From Phoronis australis (lineage: Eukaryota > Animalia > Phoronida), in contig NMRA01000034.1 in NCBI GenBank assembly GCA_002633005.1, positions 1,363,540 through 1,427,539 on the forward strand: a stretch of DNA of 64,000 nucleotides, in the 5' to 3' direction. The notes below the pieces were generated by a model. It saw only the letters and a list, made by a program, of their open reading frames with translations. It searched no databases and was not told the DNA's origin. Shown one piece after another: positions 13,429 through 27,900 of the stretch (position 1 is the first letter of the stretch; each line of letters opens with the position of its first letter). Both the position numbers and the translations under genes were made by a program.

Positions 13429-14290
13429 ATGGGCGGCCCAGCACTGGAAAAAGTGGGTGGCTATAGCTCCCCCCAGTGCTCCTGTGGTGCACCGCCCATA
13501 GACGTGGGCTATAGCCCCCCGCCCCCCTATTGTGCGGCGCCTATGCTAAATTAGGATCGAAATAGCACCTCAAAATTGTCATGTGGACGTAAAATGGCGA
13601 TTGGAGCTAAAACTTGCACACTCGTCCGCTTAGCGCCTGGACTATCATACGCAAAAGACCGGGGCACATAGAACCCGGACACACAGAACCCGTAATCCAC
13701 GGATGCACAGACATGATTGTACAGTGTGAATTTATACGACCAAGACGCAAGTTTATAAAAATCACTTTGGTGACTTGACAGCGTTTTATTTAGTCAGGAG
13801 TATGAATATCCTTAGGGCAATTTTACTGCTCGTGCAATTTACTTTGAACTATTCTATGATCTCTTTAACATCCAAAAAAAAACGTTCATGTAACATGATG
13901 GTCCATAGAAAAGTCTTCAGCCCTCCCAGAAAGCTGAATAACGTTTGACCTCCCAGGTGGGGACCGTGAAGATGATTGCACAGTTTCAGATCTCTTCAAT
14001 AGTTCTACAATTGAGCAAAGAGGCTAATGCAGTCAGTGCTTCAATTAATAGTTCAAGTGTAGATTCCACAAACGTTTCACAAAAATACGCTAGAAGTGCT
14101 GGATCCCCACAAGTCCTGGTTAGGCCGATGAAGGTACCCACATTTCAAAGAAGAATTTCGGCTTCCAAGGCATCCACGCTCATATCGGTGTTAAAGTATG
14201 ACAAACTGTCGACATCAATTTCGTTGTACACTATAGAAGCTGGCAAGATTTCCATACCCGCCAAAGCTTGCTGTATCAGAACTCCAAATC
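13429..14290 (-). mobile_element. Decayed hAT (Tip100/ZMYM-like) transposase C-terminus with terminal fragments
   Basis: Minus-strand translation with stops and a frameshift gives VPTWEVKR/FSFLGGLKTFLWTIMLHERF, matching the hAT dimerisation motif (PVT..E.ERSFS.L.RLKT.LRSTM..ERL). atgggcgg...ccgcccat and ggcgcctatg end-like sequences lie at 13429-13545. Confidence 0.6.
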
Positions 14291-17200
14291 TAAAACATGA
14301 TACATAGTAGCGTTTCACACTGTATGCTTATTTGTCAGTAGTATTGAAAAACATACACGTCTAAGAGAAAAAATACCACTACACACTTACTATATCTGCT
14401 ACAGAGCTGGTCAATAACGTGATCTAGGAACAGTAGCAGTAAAAGTTTCGTTTATAGAACACAGACGGAGAGTCTTCGACGCTGCTACCTTCTGGTTTAT
14501 TATTCATAAACAGAATGTACATTTTTTCGAAAGGTTTGTACCTTCCTCGCTCACACTTGCGATCTGATCTCTCAGCGTTGAATGAAAAGGCTAAAGTTTC
14601 AGAAAAAATATACTTAATGACCAAATGGATGTACCAAATGACCTGAAACTTTGGAATTGGAACTCAATTACAGGTACCGATCAGACATGTGAATTTGAAG
14701 CGTCTAGCTAAAAATTTTAGTTTGCACTCAATGACCTTTGACCTATTTAATCTGATTGGGTGACCCAATTACTTACAAAAGTGATGCATTTGATTACCAC
14801 GTGCACTTACACGGGTATACTGAAATTGAAAAGAATTCCTTGAAGGAGAAACCACATTTTAAAAATTAGATGAGCTTTGCACCTATTGACCTCATCCGAT
14901 GCGTTATGATATTACGTATCATTCTCCTGGAGTGCAAAAATCAAAAAATTTCCGGTATCACGATCTAAACTAGAATCACGCACGATTAAACTTGTCAATG
15001 GACATCGTGGATTTTTTGCGAGCAATGATACGCCGTAAAACGTAACATTTTCGTAAAGTGTAACAGTCGTTACGGCGTATCAGAGCACTGTACGCGTGTA
15101 CAGAAACTCGCGATATATTTAATTGTAATCATGTATAGCTGCAGCTTGCTTGAATTAAGAGTCGACACAAGTCACTTAACAATCGTACTACAAAAGCTTC
15201 AAAATCTTACCAACAGTATTGGCTTTCTCATCGCCGTCACTTAGCTTTCTTTTTCTTTAAAAGAGCGATGTGATTTTCCTCATTTCGGCAGACAACGGAG
15301 ACGCGTCACGACACCAATTGGCAGTGGCTTGAGACGCCACTAAATTGCGCACATCGACTCAGCGGTGGAGAAAACTGTAATCACACAGAAATATACACCC
15401 ACGACAAAATAAACGGTAGGATTTATTTTCATGACTTTTTACTATCATTTTTTGTCGCCGGGCGGCCAAGGAGGGGTAACCAGAAATACTCTGAGCAAAC
15501 TCTTGCAGGGAGTCTCATGAAATCTCAGGGTTGCAATTAGCTCGAGCACTATAATGCATGGGTTACGCTCGGGAGTTAGCATTGTATTCTTCCAGTTCTA
15601 TGATCTCTACAATACGAAACTTTGCAACATACCGGCCGTCCTAACGATTGGCCACAAAACATCTTTCGCGCTTTTGACGTGCGTACAATGAAATTATTTG
15701 TGTATTTCATCACAACGGAAATTGCCACCTGACAGTGTAGTCTGCCTATATAACATACCAACAAAAGTGCACTTCGTGACGGAAAAAATGGGTAACAAGT
15801 TACACCAGCCCTTGGAAAGATTTATCTATATACCCAAAGGTTCATTGATAGCTAAACAACGGTATAATTAACAATACCAAATTTCATTTTATGATACAAA
15901 TATTCAAGATCTCGAAAACGCTGTTGCAGCTCTCCAAATATATAGTTTCGATTCATACAGCTAAGGATTTTTTCATGAAAATCATTAAGTCCTTTTTCAA
16001 TAGCTCCTCATACAAAAGTGGCAAACTACACCTCCTAACATTTTGGAGAACACTGCAAAAACATAGTATCCAAAACTTTCATATGATCCCGATAATCATT
16101 TCTGAGAGATGATATGCCGATGTTGGCTATATATGAACATTTTTATACTTCATAGCCTTAGGAGAAATTAAAATGTTCCGAGTATTTTCGAAAATAGGTC
16201 CACCCAAAAATATGCCCATGGGCGTTTTTGGGGAAAAATTCTAAAAGTATGCCCATTAATATTTTCGGTGACTGTTTGCATGTTTTGAAAATCTGATGGA
16301 TTAAGTATTCTAAAATACGACATGTTACATCTTTTTTATGAAATAATTTGGTTTCATTATTTAGGGATTGCAATTTCCCTCCAAAGTGACATTCACTTAG
16401 GGAGGTATTGATAACTCACCGTATTAGCACAGTGTGAAGGACAGCTTAACCCACTGTTCGTTGAATGCGAAGTAAGTATAGATGAACAAATTTTCACTGG
16501 TGATATACAACCACATACAATAAAAAGGACACGCGTTTTTTAAAAAAAATTGACACGTAATGCTTGTTTAACGAAACTGCATCATAAAATGTTTTACACA
16601 ATTTTTGACAATACGGCCCTGGTCTCTTCTTTCTCCAAAAATACGCCCAGTTCCATTTGACGTTTTTGAAAGGTCGTTTTCTAAATATCCACCCACGAGC
16701 TTATTATAACGACACGGTGCTTTAAATGTGATCCCGAAAATGGAATGTGTGGCTACTAGTGCTGGGATGGGGGAAGTGTCGGTTGAATTAGATATTTTTA
16801 TCGGTTTTGAAGCAATTTTGACTTAGAGGGACATTTTTGCATGTTTTCAGAAAGGGGAATGGGCAAAATCACTTATGGATGACCATCTTTTCCTATTTTT
16901 CAAAATTTTCCAGTGCTTCGAAACTATAAGGAGAATTCAAAATTTAATATATTATTTTCAATTATTTTCACGAATATCCACTAAAGTGCTCATTTACATT
17001 TGCATGCAATGCAAACTTGAGTGACATGACACTTTCGGGATACCTTGTATATGCGTATGTACTTTAGACTATTCTACAAATAGTTCCTCACTGGGTTACC
17101 ACAAAAGAAGTTATTAATGTGCCTTCGTGGTCAACCCTCAATGGCGACAATATGTGCCGGTTGCGACAATATATGCCGTGACGCATACTGTCACTTGAGC

Positions 17201-19773
17201 GACATCATATGTTGGTGTTAAGTGCATATATTGTCGCATTCGGGTGATTTGTGTCGAGTGCGACACAACTGTCGCTAAGCGCCGTATTGGACTATTTCCT
17301 ATTTATTTTTTAAAAGATGTTTCATACATTCTTTGGAGCATTCTAAAATCACACCACGCTTTTCAAGGATTTAAGAACTTCAGTTTACACTTTGTTTACC
17401 AATACCAAGGCAAGGCCGCCTGGGACCTATCACTGAACCAAACGGACTGCCCCCGCCGGGGCAACCGTGTCCCGGTGTCCGTGATCAGGCGGGGGTCAGT
17501 GACACCGTACTTATTCACGCCGCTTTTTGTACAAATGTGTGAACGCGCATATTTTTGTTCTTACCCTCACTAAAACTTGAGGCACGTGGGGTATTGGAAA
17601 ATATCCAACCACAGACAATAATTAGCGATTTTATAAGGTCCAGTAAAATCCACGAACACGAATTCGTCTGCTTTCTTTGGTTCACTTATTTGTCAATAGA
17701 TGGCAAAAGTGAAAGTTTAGATTAATTATCTACAAATCTTGATGTCACAACCTAACGCTTTGAAATCGATGAGTCTCATGGCAGCTCATTTTCTTTTGAA
17801 TTCAATTTTCATTTTTTCAAGAACAGTGACTACTTAAACAGCAATATCCATGTACTCTAAAATTAAGAAAACAGTTTAGAGACTAAGCCATTACTGCATT
17901 AGCGCCACATGTGAACAATTCGAACAGTCTGACAAGCGTGAACTGTTTCTGGAACTGTTCGTTTTAAAAATATGGATGCTCAGGTATAAATGAATAGCTA
18001 TTTTCCGTATACATCGTACTTCTCATTTTTGCAAACAGTTTCATTGTAGTGCCCGAGTCCATGATGGGAGCCTTTGCGACACAAATAGACAGTCCACAGT
18101 CTCAAGTGGCCCCAGTACTTTATTCACTGTGAGGGCCGTGAGGCAAATTTGGCCGAAAAGCTTTTGCGTATGTAGGACCTAGGCCTATGTGATGTCTACT
18201 GCCCCTACTGGGGCCAGTTTAGACTGTGGTACTGTCAACACAAATGCAAACGTCCGAGTCTTCGAACTCGACTATAGTGTATATTTGACCTGTGCAGTCC
18301 TGTGCTGTACTGCCTGGCCCTAGCGCTAATGCTGTGCATGAACTTGGATTCCTGCTTAATCTCAAGATCGCGCGTACGGCCTGAACTTGGAATTAAATAT
18401 TCAAAAAGCCAATCAGGTGAAATCTGTTTTTCCGTGTTAAGAGGCTTTGTTATTGGCCTCACGACCACCCATTTTCTCCTTAACTAGCCTACTACTGGAA
18501 CTTGGGTCTGAAGCGGAGAATGTGACCAGTTTATTATTGTTTGGTCAGTGAACATGATCACCAATATTTGGAAAAATCCGATGAAAGTTCACTAAAATTC
18601 ACATTAATTTATTAGTGCAGTGCATTTTTTTTTCACTTTGAACGTGATTATGTGAGTGAACTCAGTTGTCAAGTTTCCTTGTGTATTCTAAGTTTATTGT
18701 CATGCACGATCTTGAGATTAAACAGGATTTCAAGTTCACGCACAGCTGCACTCTGTAGCAGCACTACTGCACCAATACCAGCCAGCTTGCAAGAACCTCC
18801 CAGAAAGAAACAAGTGTCAAAAAGTGCATTGCCTGAAGGCCAAGTGAATCAAGCACAATTGCTACACTGGAATTTTCTCTAACAGGCAAATTTGCTCTAC
18901 ACAATCATAGACTTATAAACCTATTTCATAATGGTGTTGCAGCCTTGACTGACACCTGTGCCAAACTGGTCTGGTTTGCTTCAAACCGGCTGTTTGGGGA
19001 AACTAATTAATGCATGTGCCAAAAGGAAGCTACCGTAAGTTCCCAAATTTTTGCCAGTACATTTTGAATTTCAAACAGTTGCTACTATCGGGATGGAAAT
19101 TGATGACATTGAGTGCGGTTGGTGTATGATAGTTTCTCTGGACACTTCAACCATGTGATTAATCCTGCAATAGCACTTAATATATAATAACAGTTGATGC
19201 AGTTGGCATTCTGGGAATACTTTGAATAGACTAGGCAAGACAACCTTATGATGTTTGAGTGGAAGAAATTAAGTAGAATAAACATTTTTTATCATTTCTT
19301 TAATGTATCAATGCAATTCAACAACAGAACGATGTCTCTTGATTGTCGTAGGGGTTGTTATTAATTTGTTTTAAAGAGTACTGTTGGGTATTTATGACTT
19401 AGCCAAATTGATGCCCAGATATTGGAAAGAACCAACGAAAAAATAGAATTGATAGTTTTTCGTCAGGTTTTTAATGTAATGTTTTTCAAAGTTTGAGTTG
19501 TCAAGGCGAAAACCACTTATCAGAACGTATATCTGAAGTGTCAAAGCAAAAAGGGTGTACGTACTCATAGGAAGTAGCGCCTTTACACCTCAGGCATACC
19601 GTCCCATATGTGGTTCTTGACTTTAGACTTTGGACATTCCTTCTGTGGAATTACCATTACCTTTTCAAATTTTGATAAAAATCAAACTATCAAACATGTT
19701 CACAGCGCTTTCTCATTTAGTACAATAGCCTCACATTGGTTGTCTTCTAGTTGTGTGTGAATATTGTTTGTAG

Positions 19774-22700
19774 GAAAGTCTTGCTTCACCAGAATATTGT
19801 TGGGAAAGACTGACCGCATGTCTTGCTGACACAAAGATGTATTTGTCCAAGCTAGTGGACATGCAGAGAGACGTAGACAATACCAAAGCATTGTTATTAA
19901 TGAAACAAGATGTGGCCATGGGGGACATTGATGCAGCCTGTCACCAGTACACAGACCAAATAAAGGTATTATGAACCATACATCTCCAATTCAATCAATG
20001 ATTGTAATTTTCTTTATCCATGTAAACCCTTCCATTGGGGGGGGGGGGGGTTATTCTATAAGTGCACTCCCCAAACATTTTTCCTTGGGTGTGGAAATCC
20101 TTGACCTGGACAATAATTATATCACATGTTGTTAGTACATGGGGCACATCTCCTAAAGCAACATTATGCAGAGTCTGAGAGCAGGCTTTTAAGAGAATTT
20201 CCTTTTTTAATTTTCATTTCCTCTTATTTGATTTCCAGTTTCATTTTTTATCATTGTTTTAACTTTATTTATGTAAAACCGTTTGGTGCAGTTAAATATT
20301 TCTGTCACATAACCCTATTTATTTGTAGAACGACACATCACCTGGAAATTTTTCCTCTGTTTTTTTTCATGGGTCATTCCAAATCCTGAGAGAGGTCACT
20401 AAACACTAAGAATCTTGGGGCCTGGAGTTAGAGCTTTTTCATAGTTGCCGAGGGGTGCCTTATTGGAATTTTCTGGCATTTATAAACTGCCCTAAACATA
20501 GACTAAGCCACAGCGACTAAATCATCTCAGTTACAGGCTCACACACTTGTCCCTGCTTTTCAATAACTTAGTGACTACAGGCTTGAATTCATTGTAGACT
20601 TAATTATCTGATAGGTATTCCTGAAAATAGATGCATAAACCCACCAAAATTCCTTTATCTGTTACCAGTTAGGTACACAAACTCAAATGAAGCAGCTGGG
20701 CTAACCAGCTTAGTTCTAAGAGTTATGCTGTTCCATCAGGTGAACATGCCATAAGGGCTTGAAACTCATACTGTGAGCTCCTTTCACCAGAGTGGGGATG
20801 GGGGAGCCCTTTTACCAGAGCAGCTTTTGTCCACCCTTACCAGAGCTGATACCCCCTTTGTGAATTAACCAGGTGGAAAATTGCCCAATTTGCAGGTGAG
20901 GAGGGACTATATGAATAGCAATGATGATTTCCAAGATCATAATAAACCAATGCTTTCATTAGTTCTTTTGTATCTACAGTTTTGTATATATTAGGCTAAA
21001 TACATTGACAATTCCATAATTATGAGGTCCTACATAGCCTGAAGCCTATGGAAAATACCCTTGGTAGTACCTATCAGAATAAGTTAAAATGAAAGCCTGT
21101 ATGCTGAGACCTTAACGGAAGTTACTTCGGGCAAAGCTCAAAGCTAGTCTTATCTTGTAGAAAGTTTGTGATGACTACAAGAGAGAGATACATTCTCTAG
21201 TTGAAAGTCGTGTTACCAAGTTGGAGGACCACTTTAAAGTTACCTCGGAAAAAATGTTGAAAATAAACAAAGCCTACCAAACAGGCCAAGGAATGCTGAA
21301 GGTAAGGGTCATTCTGTTCTTTAGCAGGATATTAAAATGAATAAAAAGACGAATTGTACAGAATTATTAAACTCAAGTGTTCCAAGCGGTGCGTTCTTCA
21401 CTGGCAGTTTAATGTCCTTTTATCCATTTCCCATATATTTTGATGGTAATGACTCATATCTGTTTACATCTTTCAACTTAGGTTCGTCTTGGCTCCCATG
21501 ACGGAGTGGCATGTGCAAATAAATGTAATGAGTGTACCATGATGTTACATTTTCAAGGCACACATAACACGCTGGTGTAACTGATACCCTGAATTAATGA
21601 AAGCACAAAATATTGGTGATTTCAAACTTGCTTCTTTGTACTGACTGTATTATACTTGATGATGATATTTTAGAATTTTGAAACCTAATATGAAGCACAG
21701 CGTCTTGTTTTTGTCATTTTATCAAAAATGTGACTAAGCTGTCTTGCAATACGTATAGCCTTGCAATGCTTAGGAAACTGTCTTGCGAAGTGTTTGACCT
21801 TTGGCAGTGCTATGTGCAATTAAACTGTATGGTGCAATGCTTATTGCCTTTCATTGCTATGTGTCAATAAACTGTCTTTCTCCACAGCCTGGCAATACTA
21901 TATGTAAACTGTCTTGCAATGTCTGTGGCCTGGATATGTTACATATAACTAAATTGTCTTGCAATGTCTATGACCTGGATATGCTCTATGTAACTAACTT
22001 GTCTTGTGCAATGTTTATTGCCTTGCAATGCTATATGTCACTAAACTATCTTTCAATGTCTATGTTGCCTGGCAATGTTATATGTAACTAAACTTTATTG
22101 CAATGTCTATGGGCTGGCAATGCTATATGTAACTTTACTGTCTTGCTATGTCTATGACCTGACAATGCTATATGTAACTTAACTGCCTATTCTGTAAACA
22201 CCCCCTTTAAAGGAGATAATTAGGATCCATTAGTAGAAATCTGGACTGGTTCCATCCACATTCCAGTCTCACTAGGGGGCAAGTCATCAATAGAGTGACT
22301 CTATTCACTAGGTCTCATAGTGATGGTACTGTTTCTTATCTGATCATTTCTAAGTGTAGAAGGCTTGAAAGCATCTAGGTTGTAGTTTTCAATTTTCTTG
22401 GAAACTATATAGTTTGCTGAAAAGATAATTGTTTTATTACCCCCTATGGGTTTTGAATAGCCATGTGGGGAATGCTATTCCATCACCTAGTTGTAATGAA
22501 ACCAGTGTACCATCAAACATCCAGTTTATTGAAATTGTAGTGAAATCAATGTCTCATAAACACCATCTTAATGTGTTCATTATAGTGAAACTGAAGCATC
22601 CCTGAGTTCAAGTTGGATTGAATGTGTTATGTCTTCTTATAGCATACTCCTTTATTCAAGTTGTGTCTTTTCCATACTCTTGTTGTATTCTATCTGTTTA

Positions 22701-24926
22701 TAAACTGATGGTCTCTGTGTTTTAATAGGCTTGACAACTCGTCTCTAATCTGTGTATGTGCTCATGACTTTAGTCAGTATGTTACTGGTTTTGTTATTTA
22801 TATTTATAGTTGGGACAGGAGCGCCTGTTACAAATGAATTGTGACAACCTGGTAGGAGATCTTGAAGCATTGACTATAGAGGAAGTTGCATGTCATCAAT
22901 TGACGAACCAATACAAGCTTTGTTTTGTTTCTAACATGGTCCCACTTAAAGCCACTGACCTTGGCTTCATACAGTTGTGTGCGCTGGATCCACGCAAGAT
23001 GGAGCTGAAACATGATTCAAGTTTGGTCACAGACTGTGTTGGTAAGACATACTTATTGTGGGGGGACAAAATTAGTACTCGTGTCTGTAAGCCATGCGAT
23101 GTTGCTAAAATGATTGCTCAAGAGGAAATTTTGTTCTTATTTTCTACCAATCACGCATGTATGTGGGGCATTTCTGGTGCCAGTTATTTTGATATAATGT
23201 TCAAGGTCACTCAAATGTGTTGCAGTATTTCAAGGATGATTTAGGTTTTTTTTAGTTAAGTATCTCATACCAAGTCGTAAGTAGGTAACTCCTGCTGATT
23301 TTTGAAATCTTCATATTGTTTTCAAGGTCAGAAAGCAGGGCCTTCGATACCTTGGTTTTGGGGCTGAATATCAACCCCAATTGTCCTATTGAAAATATTT
23401 AAAACTCATACAAAATTCATCCCATCAGGTTAAAAATCCCCTCGAGGTTCTAATCATTGGTGCAAAATGTTGGTGATGGGTCAACTGAAAATTCCCCTCT
23501 CAAAAGGCATAGGCACCTTCCCGCCAGGATAGTAAGGGCCCTGTAGGGTGAAAATCAGAAGTTTAATTTTCAAAGTATTCACACTTTGTCTAAAGAATGG
23601 AGCCTTGTCTTTTGTTCATAAATCTACCAAGGTCTAGTTGGGACAATTATGGAATGCGCCAGTTGATTTTGTTAACCTCAACGTCATTTTCAAGCTCATT
23701 GGGAGATCTCAAGAATAGAGATTTAGGTTTACACATTTTGCATTGGTTTGAGAGTTAGCACTTTGAAAAGATCATGTAGCATGTGTGGACAATAACGTTC
23801 ATACATTCCAATCAGTTGATGTTGAGAAATACACTGGAATTCTGTTCCATCCATTGAAAAATAGTGGCTTGCATTTACTGTGACAAAAAGAAATGACTAA
23901 ATGAATGCTTTCCAGTAATTTTTCCACTTTTTGACCTGTTAATGATTTTCACACAGCCAGGTAAATGCTGTTCTGTGTGCAATTCCTACACAAGACGATA
24001 TTTGCAAAATCGTTAAAAAACATGCTTGCGTTGTGCCGCAGGACACATCATCAGCATTTTGCAGTTTGACTGTATTTCCCAAAATTTTGCCCCATTCATG
24101 GTTTCCAGGCATCCATGTTGGGAAATCTTTTCTCTACACAACTTATCCTATTTTCTGAAGTGGATTTCAACATTAAAAATTTTTCCTGTTGAAGTGTTGT
24201 AAAGCATACTGTGATCATTTTGCAATTAGACTGTATGTTCCTGAATTTTAACCCGTTCTTTTTTCATGCATTTGTGTAGTGAAGTGCTATATCTGTGTGC
24301 AGGTCCCTACTCCTCTATGGGGGATATTGCTGTATATTTCATATTTAGCACGCAGATATAGGTGCGGCATCTCCAGCCGCCAGTTGACTTTGACGACCTT
24401 GAGTTCAATTTCAAGTGATCATCACAAGAAAAGTTGTAAGATGCATCACATTGTGTATTGCAAGAAAGTTCATATTTTATTGTAAATGTGGTCATGTTCA
24501 AATATCGCAAAAATTTTTTAAGTCTGGTGTGCACGCCACCTATTGACCACATCCTGTGACCTAGAATACAAGTCTCAGTATGTGGCCAACAGATGACATG
24601 CAGACCAAATTTAAAAGAGTTTGTGATCTATTCCACTCCAGTTTACATAATTACTCATATACATTTTCAGATATGTTGCAAAGTTATTCGCAAAAAATAC
24701 TACAGGAGTTGATAAGCTTTATATATTTAAGGTTCTCAGACACAAGAAAAAGTTATTCTTACCCATTTAGCTTTTGTCCACGTTGGTGGATTTGCCATGC
24801 TTGATCTGGATAAGCTTCCCTGATTTTTCTGGGAATATCTATGTTGCCTTTGTCAACAATACTTATATAATGTTACACCACAAATGATTACTACTCAAAA
24901 TTGCAGTCTCGAGTGTGTGTGTGTGN

Positions 24927-24961
<35 letters not shown>

Positions 24962-27900
24962 CCTGAGGCTCAGCAGAGAACATTTAGGTGGGCGAATTAG
25001 ATGAGGTAGGAAATTCCCACCATGTAGGCTCATGCGAAATATATAAGGGACAAATTATAACTTGTGCAAATAATTTTGGGTGTGTGACATGAGCTGAGTG
25101 AGCTGTAAAGAATTGTCTTAACATTGTTTGCTTGTTAATTGCTCAATCCACTTGGTGCTATTCATAAGCTGTACGTTTGCAGGTCTTGGTGTTAAATCTT
25201 TGATGTGACTTCCCGTATCTTTTAAGCGTTATATGGATTCATTGGGTTTGTTTTAGGTACTGAAAAGCATCTGACTGTACTCTCTCATGTGGAGAAAGTA
25301 GACAACAGTGGTGACTTCATTCAGGTCAAGGTCACCGATCCTCATGGTAACCAACTTCCAGTATCTTTTGTTGACAAAAAAGATCGTACATATGGCATGT
25401 CGTTCACTGCAGTTAGTTGTGGTATTCATATTGTGGACATCAAGGTTTACGGACAACACATCAAGGGCTGTCCACATCACTTATTCATCAACAGTGCGGA
25501 TGCAAGCCCACTAGAAAGTGAGACGAGGAAGACTGGAAAGTGTAAGAAAATTAAACTCGCTCGCAATGCTATTGACAGTATTGCTAAACATATACAGGGG
25601 AATTTGTCACCATCCAGAATGAAAACGTCCAATTCTGTTGTTGACGTGCGTGCTGTGGCTGAGCGTATATGTTGCAACCCATTACCTAGATATAATTCAA
25701 TGTCTAAACTAGTTAAAGTTGATAGTGAAAGAGACCAACAACACATATCAGCTGTTGGTGCCGACTCCCAACCTTCAACAGGTGTCAGTGTCTCCATTAT
25801 TCACCAAAAGGTGGCAGATGGTTGTAGTAATGAGCATAACGAGCAAGGAGGTGACAATGTTGTAAGTGGTATGCAATACTGCTCCCCTGGAGATGGTGAG
25901 GTTGCTGAGTCTAATGAAGTCACAGTTTCCCATGTGTTCCAGTTGAAAGGAGGAGGTGATGCAAAACTTATAACTGGTCAAAGTAAAGAGGAGGACGTTC
26001 CCATTCAATGTATTGATTCGAAATCAATGGTTGCTGGTGAAGTAAATGCTGTGAGTAAGACACTTAACAAGACAGTTGGTAGTTGGCCGGATACGGTATT
26101 GACATGGCCCCCTAGGAGTGTTACTGGGAAGGAGTGCAATGATATTAGGAGAGTGAAAGCATCTGTAGGAATGAATGAAACAGCACCCGTTGAAGTGCAT
26201 AAGACACCTTCTGTGAAAGTAGATGAAACAGCATCTGTGAGAATGGATGAGACAGCATCTGGTAAAATGGATGTGAAATCATCTGTGAAAGTGGATGAGA
26301 CAGCATCTGTGAAAATGGATGAGACATCATCTGTGAAAATGGATGAGACAGCATCTGTGAGAATGGATGAGACAGCATCTATGAAAATAGATGAGGGTTG
26401 TAGAAGTGAGGACATCACCAGTGAAGTGATGAGTAAAACGGCTAGCAAAACTGGACGAAATGAGCTGAAGATGCCTTTTAGTGCCAGCAGAGATGATGAT
26501 AGTGGAACTGTTTGGGGAAATGCATCATTGAATGATGAGGTTAAAAGCGAGAAGATTAATCATGAACTAAGATCTAGCTCCTGCAGTAACAATGCTAGCA
26601 AATACGGAATAAATGAACCAAAAAGATTTTCACCGGGAGCTATCAATGAAACAGCTTTGAAGAATGGCTGGAAAATCAATGACTCTGTTGATACCATGCC
26701 TAGTCTTGCGAAGGGCAGAGATGGTCCGGATGTCTTACAGTCCTATATAGAGTGTAAAGATGACAAGAAAAGTAAGTTTGCTGGCCAAGTGTTGTCATTC
26801 AAATATTGTTTTACTAATTGAAAACTTTTCTTCAAATGGTAAACTAGATACTGTTACTAGAAAAACAGTATTTCCGACACTGCTCATCAAATAGTCTAAA
26901 GACTGGTGTTGCAATTTGACCCAAGTTTTGCATGCTAAAAATACTGTGTGATTTTAAGAATGTAAACCCTGTTTTAACCTAAGAACAAATTAATGCGTGG
27001 AAGATAGATCACTTAAATCTTTTGATACAAATGTGCTATTCCGGGAGTCTGCTCTCACCTGAGGGGAAATGTGTCACCTTCTTAGAATGGGATGTTTTGG
27101 TTGAGGTGTAAATCCACCTCCTCATCAACAATTTCAGCCCCTGGTCTTCACCTCTAAAAGACAATGCTGAAGTGATTTTTACTTTGAGAAGTTTTTAATC
27201 ATCGGAGGGGAATTTTGGACCTGGTGATGCAAATTGCGTTTGATTCTTAAATATTTTTTCACAGTGCAATGAGACTGATATTCCGCCCCAAATTGGAAAC
27301 ATGGAAGACCCTGTATACCAAATTTTAAAACTTATTTCAAAACTCTTTACAAGACGTGTACTAAATTGGCAAGTGTGTTTATCATTTTGGACTACACCCT
27401 GTAGTTAATTGATGACTGAGGGGGAAGCACATGCCTTGGTCAAATGTACTAAGCCCATGAAAGTTAACTTGCAACAGAGGTTAGGAAATACTTCAATTAT
27501 TTCAAAGATTGGCTTGTTTTTTTGATCATCGTGTCTGCAGGCAGTCCCCCCCCCCTTGCAACACACACCAGTTTTCATATGGATTTGTGAAGCAACACAC
27601 GAATATTAGTATGCAGTACATACGATTGTCATGGCTCAACCTTCTCCTTTTAGGATTAACTGGCTTGCTGGAGCGCTGCATAGGCGAGGACTCGAATATG
27701 GCATTCCCCATTGGTGTCACTGAGATACCATCTTCGGGTGATATTGTTGTATGCGATTCTGGCAACCACTCTGTGAAAGTCTTCTCATCTGGTGGGGTGC
27801 TTAAGTTAACCATTGTATGTATCATTTTAAACAGTACTGTAATAAAGAAGACCACCATATTCGTTTGAACTAATATGTGCAAGACACTTGAACTGTAAAA

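Noticed and set aside
13920-14290. Minus-strand frame with two in-frame TGA codons, suggestive of a selenoprotein; also the plus ORF 13945-14307
   Set aside because: The frame runs into a frameshifted hAT dimerisation motif, so these are decay stops. The plus ORF is its antisense shadow.
19093-19158. MEIDDIECGWC as the start of a RING finger for the NHL gene
   Set aside because: The frame stops after 21 codons, there is no phase-0 donor to join 19774, and no further RING ligands were found.
21482-21557. Possible extra NHL-gene exon (VRLGSHDGVACANKC...)
   Set aside because: No convincing phase-0 GT donor; the flanking exons join in frame without it.
21735-22185. Regularly spaced repeats (also 29395-29590 and 59444-59850) as a CRISPR-like array
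   Set aside because: Units are contiguous and degenerate with no unique spacers, in eukaryotic introns.
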